DNA of 64,000 bases. Source: Ruditapes philippinarum. Lineage: Eukaryota. A model generated the notes under the pieces. The model worked only from the letters and a program-made list of their open reading frames with translations, was not told the DNA's origin and did no database searches. The stretch covers positions 1 through 64,000 of the forward strand of contig NW_026857081.1 of the NCBI RefSeq assembly GCF_026571515.1, read 5' to 3'. Of the stretch, positions 14,013 through 27,180 are shown piece after piece. Positions within the stretch are counted from its first letter, which is position 1; every line of letters starts with the position of its first letter. A program made the position numbers and the translations under genes.

Positions 14013-17000
14013 ATGATACGATATTTCATTTTTACTAAACAAATTGCATTGCACGTGCTTTTTATTCACTGGTGTGTTTACCAAATATTAAATTTAGAAT
14101 GTTTGCAGTGTGATAATGAATTCAAAGTGATTTGTAGACAACCTTGTCCATCTTATTGTAGACAATGTTCATCGGACGATTTATGTCTGACATGTTTATC
14201 AACACCGTCAAATTTTGTAGATACTAGTTCTTTTCTATGCGTTTCAAGTTGCGAGGGTCAATGTGTCTTAAATAAAGGTTGTTTAAAAGACTGTAGTGTA
14301 CTGCGCGTGATCAACACATATCGTCCTGTTCTTTGTGTAACAAATGACACTTGCCTTAACTGCTTGAAATTAACTGGAAAGTGTTTGCAATGTGATGCCG
14401 GAAGATATGGCAATCTTTGTCAAAAAAGATGTGGATATTGTCAAAGAGATTTAAAAGGACTCGTTAAATGTAACACAAATACTGGCAACTGCAGGAGTGA
14501 CTGCGAAAATGGATATTTTGGTGAACGTTGCGATAAACCATGCAAAAATTGTATTTCAGTTACAAAGTCAAAACAATGTGAAAAAATAACTGGAGAATGT
14601 ATTTCTGGTTGTTTACCAGGCTGGTTTTATAAGACATGTAATGAAACGTGTAGCAGCATGTGTCTTCATAGGACATGTCATCAAATAAGTGGATACTGTG
14701 TTGAGGGTTGTATAACTGGTTGGTATGGTAACAAATGTGAAAAGCATTGTAATGATAATTGCAAAAGGAGCTGCGATCAAATAAGCGGAAACTGTTCTGA
14801 GGGTTGTATAACTGGTTGGTATGGAAACAAATGTGAAAAGGATTGTAATGATAATTGTAAAAATAGATATTGTGACAATTTAAACGGATATTGTACATAT
14901 GGTTGTAGTCAAGGATGGTTTGGCGAAACATGTGAAAGCGTATGCTCTGACAAATGTTTGCACAATTCCTGTCACAGTTCAGCGGCATGCAAATACGGTT
15001 GTTTGCCAGGGTGGTTTGGCAATACATGCGAAACAAGTTGTAATATTGCTTGCTACAATAGATCATGTGATCAGACAACTGGAGTATGTGAATTCGGTTG
15101 TATAAATGGATTCAATGGTCCGAAATGCAGTGAAATTGACCATGTTTTTACTAACGACAGCATTTCACTAGATGGACACAAGAGAGAGGATAAAACAGGT
15201 AAGTATTACTTCATTACAATATTTCATCGCTTTGAAAACGTTATTCAGTTAGGATATGCTTTAGTTAATATGACTTTTGCAATATTTCAGAAAAAGGGTG
15301 TTTGTTTGTTTCTTACAGTTGATGACTATGACATTAAACCAATAGTATATGGCATTTTCGGGAGTATATCTGGGATGTTTGTCACAGGACTGGGTTGTAT
15401 AATGATTCTGTTAATAAGAAAGTAAGTTAACTATTCTTAATAAGAAAGTTTATTTATAACATATCTATGAAATAAGGGATTTTTTAGTTAATGTTATTCA
15501 TTTTATTAATCAATCTAATTTAGAATTCAATTTTACGTAACACTGTCGCCATTGTTAATTAAATATAGTTCATTCACCTATTCTCCAGAATTTCATTTCC
15601 ATATATGCATGCAAATTATATTAATTTGAACATCATGGCTTTAATCTTACGAGATATACAGCAAATACTGCAACTGATAAAGTTATGATTTATTCTTATT
15701 GTCAGAGCCATTACAAGATTCCGATGGTATGACTATCTTAACAACTCTTTACAGGGAAATGTTTCACCAATATATGATGAGATTTTACAAACCAATGGTA
15801 AGATTTCGATATAACTGTCATAGAAATAAATAGATAATGATATGTTTACAATTTTTAAGATGTTTATAAATTTTGTGTACTAAGTGTACATGTATACTGT
15901 TTTATCCAAAGGGTACACGAATTTTAATAAGTGTGTGCTATAAATAGTATAAAATGAAAGCAATGCGTGATGGAAGCTATCGTGTTTTTGATACAGCTTA
16001 AGGTTATAATTTATGCAAAATTCATAAAGTTTCAATGTGTAAAAAGCCATAAGCTTAAAGACATACTATGGAATCAGTTCCTGGAGCATATCAGTTATGA
16101 GAAATGGGTGTAAAGTAACAACGGCTTGCTCAATGGACTAGATATTTAAGATTACCAGACCGGCTCATTAACCAATCGGCCATGACGCCTCGTTTATTCC
16201 TAGTGGTTGTTACTAGAGTTATGGAAATGACGTATATAATTTTATTCATAGTTGACTTCAGGAAAGTCTCAATACTATACTGATTTTTAAATCAATTTAT
16301 TAAATAGATATAGCATTAGCGTTCCCTATAAGTAGATATATCGTTATTGCATGTCTTTGGCAATACATCTGCTGTTGCTAGTTTCCTAGTGACACAGAAT
16401 TCTGTTTTTATTTAATTTCTTTGAAAAAGAGGGGGTATATATTGTTTTGCTAATGTCGACCGGTCCATCCGTCGGTAGACCACATGGTATCCGCTAATTA
16501 TCTTAAAAACTATCTATCACAAAGTTTTCATATTTTAAACACGGATAAATCATAGCTAGTAGATAACCCCTATTGATTTTAGCTTAAAGGTCAATGTCAC
16601 AGGGGTCTTAAATGTCAGAATGGTTTCCGCTCATTATCTTGAAAACTATTTATTACAAAGTCGTCATATTTCAAATATTGATATGTCATAACTAGTAGAT
16701 GATTTTAAGGTCACTAGGTCAAAGACACGGGTACCTTAAATGTCAGAATGGTTTCCGCTTATTATATTAAAAACTTTTAATCAAAAATCTACATATTTCA
16801 CATATTGGTTGGTCATATGTAGTAGATGACAAATATTGATTTTGGGGTCACTAGCTTAAGGTTTAAGGTCACAGGGGCCCTAAATATCAGAATAGTTTCC
16901 TCTGATTTTTTTAAAAACTATTTATAACCAAGTCTTTATATTTCACCCATTGATTGGCCATATGTAGTAGATGATCCCTATTGATTTTGGGATCATTATT

Positions 17001-18637
17001 TTAAAGGTTAACGTCACATGGGCCTTAAATGTCAGAATTGTCTCTGCTGATTATCTTTAAAAAATCATAAAAGTCTTCATATTTTACATATTGATTATTC
17101 ATATGAAGTAGATCACCCCTATTAATTTTAGGGTCACTTGTTCAAAGGTCAAGGTCACAGGTGCCTTAAATGTCAGAATTGTTTCCGCTCATTATCTTGA
17201 AAACTATTCACGACAAACGCTTCATATTTTACATATTGATTGGTCATATAATGAAGATGATTCCTATTGATTTTAGGGTCACTAGTGCCAATGTCAAGGT
17301 CACAGGGGTCTTAAATATCAGAATGGTTTCTGCTCACTATCTTGAAAACTATTTATCAAAATGTCTTCATTTTTCACATATTGATTATAGTCATATGTAG
17401 AGGATATTTATAACCCTTATTTATTTTGGGGTCACTAGATTAAAATTCAAGGTCACAGGTGCCGTAAATGTCAGAATGGTTTCCGCTCATAATCTTGGAC
17501 GCAATCACAAAGTCTTCATATTGCACATAATGATTGATCATAGCTAGTAGATGTCCCCTATAGATATTCAGATCACTTTGTTAAAGGTCAAAATGTCTTC
17601 ATATTTCACATATTGATTGGTCAAATGTATAGAATGACAATTATATATTTTGGGGTCACTAGATTAAAGTTCAAGGTCACAGGTGCCATAAATGTCATTA
17701 TGGTTTCCGCTCATTATCTTGGAAGAAATTTATCACAAAGTCTTCCTATTTTACATATTGATTGGTCATAAATAGAAGATATCCCCTATAGACATTCGGA
17801 TCACTAGGTAAAAAGGTCAAGGTCAAAGGGGCCTTAAATGTCAGAATAGTTTCCGCTCATTTTCTTGAAGACTATTTATCACAAATTCTCCATATTCAAA
17901 TATTGAATAGTCATTTGTAGTAAATGACCATGATAATGATTTTTGGGTCATTTCAAAGATCACAGCGGCATTAAATGTAAGAATGATTTTTGTTTTACTG
18001 TGAAAACTTTTTATCACACTGTTTTTATATTTCACATTTTGATAAGTCATAATGGCGTCACTAGTTCAAAGGTCAAGGTTTTTTTTCACATATTGATTGG
18101 TTATAACTAGTAGGTCATTATTTTTCTTTACACTTCCATGTACCCATTTATGGCAAGTTTTTATAACAAAATGTCCAATACTATGAGTCAGGGCGAGAAA
18201 GCAGGGGGGGGGGGCATATGACATATTGTGTCGTTTAACATTTCTTGTTAATCATTTCATACTGTTGAACCACTAGTAAAATTATGTTACTATTTAGAAT
18301 GTAAGTATTTATTTCTACTGGCAATACAGAATTGAATACAAATGACGAGACAACACCAGGTGGGAATATAGAATTTACGGAGTCTCACGAGTTTCACTAT
18401 ACTGGCGGTGAAACATCTATCAATCTTCGAAATAAAGCTAGCGTCTGTGATCAAAGAGCTTTACAGATAAGCCAGGGCGAAGAACTAGAAAGAGAAAGAA
18501 CGAACAGTTTTGTCGAAACAACGGGTATTTACAGAACACATCTTAGCGATAATTCTGACTATGAACAAATACAGCTGCAACCAGATTTTTGTGAAGAAAG
18601 AAATGAAAGCGTTTACTACTTACACCCTATTAATTGA
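14013..18637 (+). CDS. EGF-repeat single-pass receptor B (MEGF10/CED-1/SREC-like); exons 14013-15198, 15319-15421, 15706-15797, 18330-18637
   Basis: Hydrophobic N-terminus and repeated CxxGW[YF]GxxCxxxCxxxCxxxxCxxxxGxC units in one exon. TM exon IVYGIFGSISGMFVTGLGCIMILLI, then an exon with SPIYDEI and a last exon with SDYEQI and YYLHPIN*. Intron phases 1,2,1 are consistent. Confidence 0.85.
16425..18250. repeat. HINE-like element with ~140-bp tandem units in intron 3 of gene B
   Basis: Repeated ggtcactag...aaggtcacaggggccttaaatgtcagaatggtttccgctcattatc, with gtcc-type motifs at the left end. Confidence 0.8.
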
Positions 18638-18787
18638 AGGAATTCCTGTGAGGTACAAAAGGCAAAAACGTCAAATTTTCATTCCTTAAATAGATCAGCT
18701 TGATAGTCTATGTGCACTAAAACAGAAATATATGCAACAGATAGTTAAAAAATATACCCAGAAATAAATTGACAGATGTATTTTTGT

Positions 18788-19091
18788 TAGCGGTGTTACG
18801 TTTATCCGATTAAGCAGGTTCGATCGGTATTAAGCCTAAAACCGGTTAGAAATTTCAATAACCGGTAACCGAGTTTGCAGAAACCCTTTTTTAGATTGAT
18901 TTAAACATTACTTTTGTTTTTGTCAAGATATGACATTTTGTTTTAATCTCTGTTTAATCTGTTTATCAATACAAAATAAGTATTTTTTTTAAATAAAGTA
19001 ATTCTTTCAATACGATAAGTAAAACGTTCAACACGGTTATTAAAGTCACCGTTTAAAAGGTTACCATTTTTTACTAACGGTGACACCCCTA
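18788..19091. mobile_element. hAT-type MITE
   Basis: Imperfect TIRs tagcggtgttacg / cggtgacaccccta, flanked by an exact 8-bp direct repeat ATTTTTGT (18780-18787 and 19092-19099). Confidence 0.75.
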
Positions 19092-20307
19092 ATTTTTGTG
19101 CCTTTCTTAGTCTCGGTTTAAAAGCGTTACATTTTAGGTCATTTTTCACAATTAGAATAATTATTCTGGGTAAACAAAATTAGCAAACAATCTGAAATCT
19201 CGCACCCCAAATTTTGGTCTTCACCGACATCAAAAGTAACATAAATATCGAAAACTTATTTTAAGCCCGTCATGTCAAAACACATCAGTGAAGTCCCATT
19301 AACATTTTCCTTAAAAAATGTCTCCTATTAAATAAACGACTTGAAATTAGTTTATCGGTTGTTTTATTTTTCATTGCGTTGCCGAATGTGATATTGCAGT
19401 CTTTATAATACTACAATTTTCTGTCACCTATATAGTACTTGACCGCGGCAAAGTATCTATATATAACTTGTTTAACATGAACCTGTAAGAAGAACTAGTT
19501 TGTGCCATACAGACTTTTGAATTTAAGTAAACTTGTATGAAATTTGCTGACCATCTCGGCGAAGAACGTTATAGGAATATAATAACTTATATATTTACAA
19601 TTAACAATCTTATCATGAATAGATTGAATTATTACATGTTACATATACATGTAATAAAATACATAAGTGTATAGAAATATTTTACATTTAACATACATGT
19701 CAATAATGATACAGTGGTCTCCTTTCTTCTTATACAAGTCTTATTTTCCCTTTACCAGATTCATGAAACTACAGATAGTTTTTTTAGACTTTACACTATC
19801 AACAGTTTTACAGTTTATCAATTCGTGATGATGTGGAACAAACATCACTATCATTGCGTATTACATGTATATGAATTAATACTATTAGGATAAAAATCAG
19901 AACAATTTTCAAAGGAAAGTTAGTCATTATTTAATGCATACAAATATTTGTCGTCAGCTCACTGACAAAGAGCGAAATTCGCTATTTACTGATTGAAAGA
20001 AAAAATATAATTAGCTGATTAATAAGTAGAAATATAATATATTGAAATAATATTCTGATCCAATAACTGATTTTGCACATTTAATATTTTAGAATTGCAT
20101 CAGTTTACGTGCTATCAATCCAAATTTGAATTTGTACTATTTCATTATGAAGATATATTGAATATAAGTTTTGTTTATATGACCTTTTTCTCTTAGGTCG
20201 AGCCGATTTCATTGGGAATAATGTGAACTAAACAGATGTCAGACATTTGTATCATTTCAATCCAGGACATCATTATTATTTCAAAACAACGCTTATAGGT
20301 ATTAGAA

Positions 20308-21248
20308 ATGATACTAAAATATTTGATTTGTATTTATGTATTTTATGGAATAAATGCTGACAATGATATGTTTAAGGATAGGGTAGATATATTAGAACGA
20401 CAAATGGTCGAAATGAGAGAAAATTCTGAACGTACAGAAGCTGAATTTCGAGCAGAAATAAAGGAATTGCACAAGAAGATTAGGAAAGGACAAGAAAAAA
20501 TCGATGAAATGGCGGTAACCCACCAGGAAGAACTAGCAACACTTCGACAATCACTCGGAAATTGCTTGGAAATATCAAGTTAGTCATGCTTTAACATATT
20601 TGGTAGAATCTAATTATATATCAAACGCGTAAGGACATAACTAACATTTTAGTCAAGTATGTGTAATACTGGATATAGCTATATTATTGAATTTTTCAGT
20701 GAGTCAAGGAATATTTTTTCAGTCATAGTAGTAGGGACTTGTTCTTACAGTAATTTTACAATTGCCTGTCAGAAACGTTCAAGAAAAGAAATGGAGAGAT
20801 TGACCCTTCGGCGACCGAAGTTGCATTCTTTGCAAAATTAGGACAGGAAACCAACCACCTCGGAATCGAGCAAACAATCATCTTTGACGATGATGTTACC
20901 AATATTGATTCGACAAATTCACCTACGGCCTACAACAGACATACTGGTGTGTTCACCGCGCCTGTCATCGGTTTATATGTTTTTTCAACAACAGTCCTGT
21001 CATCGTACCAGTCCACGAGCCATTTTAGGTTTTATTTAAACCATACACCGTTAACAATTATGTAGGTACATGGCAACAATAGTAGTGGCTGGGATTCTGC
21101 CAGTCAGACCATTGTTTTAAATTTGAAACGCGGCGATGTCGTATCTGTGAAGAATACTGAGAACGACACAGGAGTGCTCGGTGGTGGTCATTCCATATTC
21201 TCCGGATTTTTGCTGCGTGAACATGATGAAGATGTTATTGTTGGCTGA
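20308..21248 (+). pseudogene. Secreted coiled-coil + C1q-domain (C1qDC) gene with an in-frame TAG; exons 20308-20578 and 20773-21248
   Basis: Signal peptide and coiled coil, then VAFFAKL...IIFD..VTNI...YNRHTGVFTAPVIGLYVFS...SASQTIVLNLKRGDVVSV...SIFSGFLL (gC1q signature). TAG at 21063-21065; AATAAA near 21312. Confidence 0.85.
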
Positions 21249-22084
21249 TTACTGTAAATCCAATCTTAAGTCATAAAAAGCTTTCCATTTGACACAGTTA
21301 ATTTATTTATAAATAAAACTCTGGAAACAAAGTGATCCTCGGAAGCATTAATCACAACAAAATTTCAACAGAATTGCAGAATCGATTTGATTGAGTCTGT
21401 ACATGAGGGATAATGAATACTTGCAACATCCCTCACGCCCCCTAGCACCGGCTTGAGCGATACTCAATTCTAAAATCTTTTATTTTCCTTAAATTCCTTA
21501 AATTCCATGCAATTTAAGTCGTTTGAAATCATTGCACTCATATTATATCGATAAAAACCAGTGCAAAAGTTACATTCTCCTTTAACACGAGTTATATGTA
21601 TATCCTTTCAATGGCCATAGTAATAAATGTAATCTCTAAGGTGGCACCTTTTGGTTTTTGTAGATTCAATATTTATGTAAACGCCAACATTGAAACATAA
21701 ACATTACACTATTATCAAAGTCAATGACGATTTTAGGGCACCGTAATGACCGGTTTTAACGTGTTTTCGCGCGAATGCGACAAAATTGAAAATTTACGAT
21801 TTAACAGCAGGTGCGTGCCACATGTCTGTCCCTGCAACTTGGTCTTCGGAAAGATAAATTTTTGAGACAGGGAAGACAAAATTATGCATATAGGAGACTG
21901 CTAAACGAGGTCGCTACTTGCTTTTTTTAACACTTGCTTTTTTGAATGTGAGACGTAAAAGATCACTCCTTGCTTTTTCTTAAAATGCATATCAATATAA
22001 TTCAATTTTAATGTATGAACATAAGTTAAACCACATGTTTTTTTCTAAATTTTAGAATTTATATGTTACAACTTTTTTGTTTCT

Positions 22085-22900
22085 ATTGGCAATATAGTAT
22101 AGAATGCCAATATCGGAGCAACGACGTGTCAGCACATAGAATAATCACTAACTTACAAAGTTACATACACGGACGACAATACATATATCAATTTAAGGCA
22201 AAAATTTGATATCGATGATTAAAATGGAAAAAAATAAGGCATTGCAGACGAAAAGAGCGAGTAGTAATTCAGACACTACAACTGAGAACAAAGGTGGTAA
22301 AAGAGACAATCATGATTTTTAAGAAACAATATAACAACTACATATTTACGTAGATGAAAACAATAAGAGTTTATTACTGACACAGGATCAATAAAGTTTC
22401 TGCATACAACCTATTTTTTTTTTCAAAAAGGATACGATGTTATACCAGTTTTGTCTTAGTTTTATTTTTGTTTCGAAACGTTAAAAAGGATTTTTACATT
22501 TTACGCATTAGATCCTATTGATAAAAGTGATTCTTGCAATATGAGAATGACTATTAGAAAACATGTAATTAGATAATGACTGTCACTATATATTTTTGGA
22601 AATATACAAATGGTCAAAATTCACATTTAGTTGTTTTTTAATTAGTTTGTACGAACAATACCTGATTCTGATAACAATAATAACAATACTTTCTGGACGC
22701 CGGTTCTTTGTTGTTGTATATGTTAAATAATATAGGTCGTTTTATGCTTTCCATTTGCATATTTGTTGTATTATTAATACATATTTAAAATATCTGTTCT
22801 ACATGAATTACGAATTAAAGTTACGTAAACTAAACATTAATTTCCAGTTTGATTGTTGCAGTTCTTCGTATTTGAAGCTTTTACTAAGATATCACATTTC
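22085..22900 (+). pseudogene. Orphan degenerate last exon and 3' flank of another EGF-receptor paralog
   Basis: Aligns with 28600-29500 (acgacgtgtcagcaca...tatcaatttaaggcaa...cagacactacaactga...tttctgcatacaaccta). It contains stops. Confidence 0.7.
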
Positions 22901-23849
22901 AACTTTTGAGTAAATACACTTTCGGAAATAGAAAGTTCCACAGTAAAACACATGATGATCAATCGATCCAAAATGGGAAGTATAAGAATACAAAACCATC
23001 CTGTAATATTTCCTGACAGAGAGGCCCGTTTGACAGAAGACGACTCTCAATTTGAAGTTTTTTTAAACTTTACACCAAGTAATGCGTTTTTGTCCATATC
23101 TTAAAGTAAAGATCAATAAGAAAGAGAAGCACAAGTCATTCTAAAGTTTTATTACTACAACCCATAGTTAATATTTATGAACGTATATGGCAATACCTGT
23201 AACGGCAAAGCAGACAAATAAGAATTAAGTATTCTTAAAATAATGCAGAGATAATTAACATTCTCCTCCGGTTTGCAGTGTGTATATGTAGGAGATATTA
23301 CTATTGACATATAAAGTTTTAATAAATCATACAATGTGACACAGCGTTTGCAAAATAATCATTGGCCAACGGAATTACTTTTGTTTTATCCTGTTGTTTT
23401 TTCGTTAAGGGCCGCTTTGAATGGAATGACACGAACGTGACCTATTGAAAGTTCCATGATCACCAACGTATCAACACATCATCGGATGTTCAGTTTTCAA
23501 ATTTTCATCATTTTCCGGTTTAAATGATGAATACTGCTTAAGCCAGTACTAGTGAGCATTTGTGGTAGCTTTCAATTTTCATTTAGAACTGCCCGTGAGC
23601 AAGCTCAATAAAGATATGTTGAATAAGTGCTCTCTCGGAAGCAATAGTCACAGTTAAATTGCATGAAATTGCAGACTCGGTTCGATTGAGTCTGTACATG
23701 AGGGATAATAAAAAAAACTGCTATATCCCTCATGCTCAATTTTCAACGCTTAAAAGTGCTGGAATCAATGATCGAACTGTGTCTGCGACTTTTTCTTCAT
23801 TGAATTAAAGCTTCATTAAATAAGTTCATAAAAAAGAAATAGCTACATT

Positions 23850-24262
23850 TCGTTATATATCGACTCCCGTTCTTATTTTGGTGTCCAGACAACCAAAATG
23901 AGTTTTATAAGCCATTGGAAGTACAATTTCTGTTGGCATGAGAAACTCCGCCTTTGAGTCAACCGTATAACAAATATTTTTAAGTAGCACTTCGAATTTA
24001 ACGGTATATTTCGCATTATCTAACGGATGTTTTCATACAAATTCAATCTTTTAATGAGATGATTACTTTTTTTGTAAACGACAGGGCTAATGCACCGTGA
24101 AACTAAAACGGTAAAAGTTTGTTTGCACAAGAATATCTCATATTTGCTGTGATCTACATGGTTACAATTGATTTTACCATTGTGACGTAGCGCATACACG
24201 AGCTAATTATACAAGTCTTCATTTGCATGTTAAAATTCGTATACGAACTTAAGTGTTACCGT
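23850..24262. repeat. Dispersed ~420-bp repeat; an inverted copy lies at 32092-32550 (intron of gene D)
   Basis: gtgacgtagcgcatacacgagct...catttgcatgttaaaattcgtatacga...aagtgtt is the reverse complement of 32093-32166. Similarity extends to gagaaactccgcctt. Confidence 0.75.
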
Positions 24263-25279
24263 GATGTTTTCCTTTCAAAATCATAACTAATGAGATTTAC
24301 AACAATACTGTTAAAATGTTAACGAAACTATAGAATGCTAAGTTTTTAAGCCGACGGAAAAATATGTTTTATTTAATGTATTATTTTTTATTTAATGTAG
24401 CTTTAATTTTCTTGTTTTGTATGAATGATTTACAAACTTAACCCCTAATAGTTTTTGAGTAATTTGGAAAAAGCCAACTTTGTTGTGTAACTTTTCATCT
24501 TTTTTACAACATCAAGAATTCACAATTCAACAAGTTTAATGAGATAAAGGAATACAAGTTTGCTTCTTTAAAAAGAAGCATGCGAGAGGTATTTTTGCCG
24601 CTGTGGTAGATTTGTTTAATTCGAAAATATTTGGGGATATTATATGGCATAAAAGACACAGTGAATGGTTATAAATTACAATTATTAAACAAAATAGAAT
24701 TTATTATATATATTGCAATAAAAGTTTGTTTTACACTTCATCTTTTTTAATGTTTTAAAAAAATTATATGCCGGAGAAATGGACTTTTTTCTTGGCGCAT
24801 TAGGGATACTTTTTCTACAAAAAAATGTAAAATAACTTAATGTAAATTAAATGATATTCATCATTTACATTAGTATTTTAAATTCAGTTCCCTTTGTAGA
24901 AAAAGTATATATACATATTAAAAGTAGTATCAAAATAAAAGTTTCTTGTAAAGTTCAATAAGCAAATTTTCGGTCACTGTTTTGTTAAATATAAAGAAAC
25001 ATTTCCTCTACATTTTCCAGAACGGGTATAAAGTATGTTAATCAAACAATTTTAAGTCCAGGGTTTACATAAAAAAATGTTAATATCATTTGAGTGTTAT
25101 ATACTGTTATATACTGTTTATTGGATTAAACAGTATATAAAGCTGCATGCCTCCAACCACAATATTAGAAGAAAATAAAACTTGAGGTAAAACTTGTGTG
25201 CCATTTGCGCCAAAAAATTTCTCTTTGCGTTATTCAGACATACCGGTTCAATCCACGGTTCACTCGATCATATAATAGT

Positions 25280-25491
25280 GTTTGTTTGTTTCATTTCACG
25301 CCTTTTCCCAACAGTATTTCAGTCATATAGGCGGGTAGTTTCCTATTAAATCATCGTTCCTGGAGAGTTACACCAGTACTAGACAACCTTCCTCCGCGCA
25401 AAACTACCAAAGCATCTCCTGGGGATCGAACCCACGCCAGAGAGGTAACTGGATTAAAAGTCATCGACTCTAACCCCTCGACCTGGGAGGC
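25280..25491 (-). mobile_element. tRNA-derived SINE (same family as 13178)
   Basis: Reverse complement of the 13178-13390 element. Confidence 0.8.
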
Positions 25492-27180
25492 GGTATATAT
25501 AATGCATGTTGATATTGTAGCTATAATGTTCACTGTTACTATTTATCGGAACATGAAATAGTAAAACGTTATTCAGAAAACAATACGGTAATCGATTTAT
25601 AAAATTTAAAAGATTAAACGGAATGAAACATCCATGTAGTGCTAAGTAACGTAAATATTTTCCGATTTTTCTATGTACCGATTTTTTCACTTCGATGTTA
25701 ATTTTTCGTTTAAGTTAAGCCGTATTTTGAAACGGGGCATGCGCAAAACAATTTTTGTAGACTGCTCCTAATGATTTTACGCTTAAAATGAGATTCATTC
25801 ACTACAATCAGATACGCAAAAGTGGATGCCGCCAGCAATCAGTCTGAACACTATGGAGAGGTCTGATGACCTCTCCAATGAAACAAACGAAAAACTTTCG
25901 GATCAATTATATGGATATTTTATCCTGTTGTAGACTACAGATGGCTGCTGCGTATATAGATTTCACTATCAAAACAACCATGAAAAATGTTTTATATCAA
26001 TTATTTTTATATGTTTCTCTGTTTTATCAATTCGTAAGACACATAACAGAAACTAAATCCACAAATTTAAAGGCCATTCTATTAATTATATGTCACTAGT
26101 TTGCATCCATAGTATATAACTTTAGAGTAAACTGCAGTTAACTTCCGTTATCTCTAATTCGTCCCGATTTTCGTAAAGTTGAGATAACGAAATGTTAAGA
26201 TTTGACAGATTTAGAATTCTTGTTATAATAAGGGTTCTCAATTATTTGATGTTATATCTTTTTCTTAACATATATCTTCTATTATTATTTGCTATAAATA
26301 TAGTAGTAAAAATATTGTTTTGTTTTTACCTCTTGAGCGTTCAGTCAATTCAGTCGAGAAGTATTGTTTTATTGCAGAAATATGGATTTTATCTGGACAA
26401 ATCATAAAAGAGGTAAGGTGACACAATCGCTTAACAGAATGATACATGAAATGATTTGGTTTCTTACCAATTAAGCTACGTAAAAGGTGAACTAAACCTA
26501 ATTTGTTTAATAATCAAAAATAAACTTAAAAAGCAGTCATTGAACTCGTGTCCGTAACATGCAGTTTATTAATAATTCTCGATAGAAATATGCCAGTAAC
26601 TTACTGCAGCTTACTGCTGGAGCGTTTATTCAATGTCGGAAAAGCTAGTTAATTGTTTGTACGTTCTTATTTAAAACGACAATGATTCAGTGGTTCATTT
26701 GTACATGACTTGTAATTAGTAATGATTTAAAAGATCTCTAGACATTATTGTTTCAAGATTGTTTTAAAAGGTTCAATGAAAACTTAGTAATGCTAATAAA
26801 GAATGCCCATTAAAAGCAAATTATCACATGATTAAGATTGTCAGTGTAACAGGCAAGTCTGTTTTTATCACATATTTACAAAATATTTGCATTTGGAATA
26901 TAAAAATAACGCGGTTATATTTCGAATGACAACAAAATGGACGGAACTATACATGTGGAACATTAAATTTAAATTTATATTCTAAAACTACAATATATAT
27001 GCAAGTTCGTATTTTAGAATAATAAGCGAGAGAAAATGAAAAGTTCATACAAAGACATAGGTATTTGTATTAATTATCTAAATGTGAAATTAATACAGTT
27101 ATATAATTAACGCGTACTACTGATGTTCTTACACTTGTGAATACAAAATTCACAATTTTACTCTACAGTTAATAACAAAA

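Noticed and set aside
14560-15105. Antisense and alternate-frame ORFs over EGF exons (also 27321-27954, 33977-34684, 43836-44724)
   Set aside because: By-products of Cys-rich repetitive coding sequence with no independent protein features.
21404-21450. Hairpin + CTAG as a Helitron 3' terminus
   Set aside because: Homology between copies continues past CTAG and the next base is C, not the T expected at a Helitron target.
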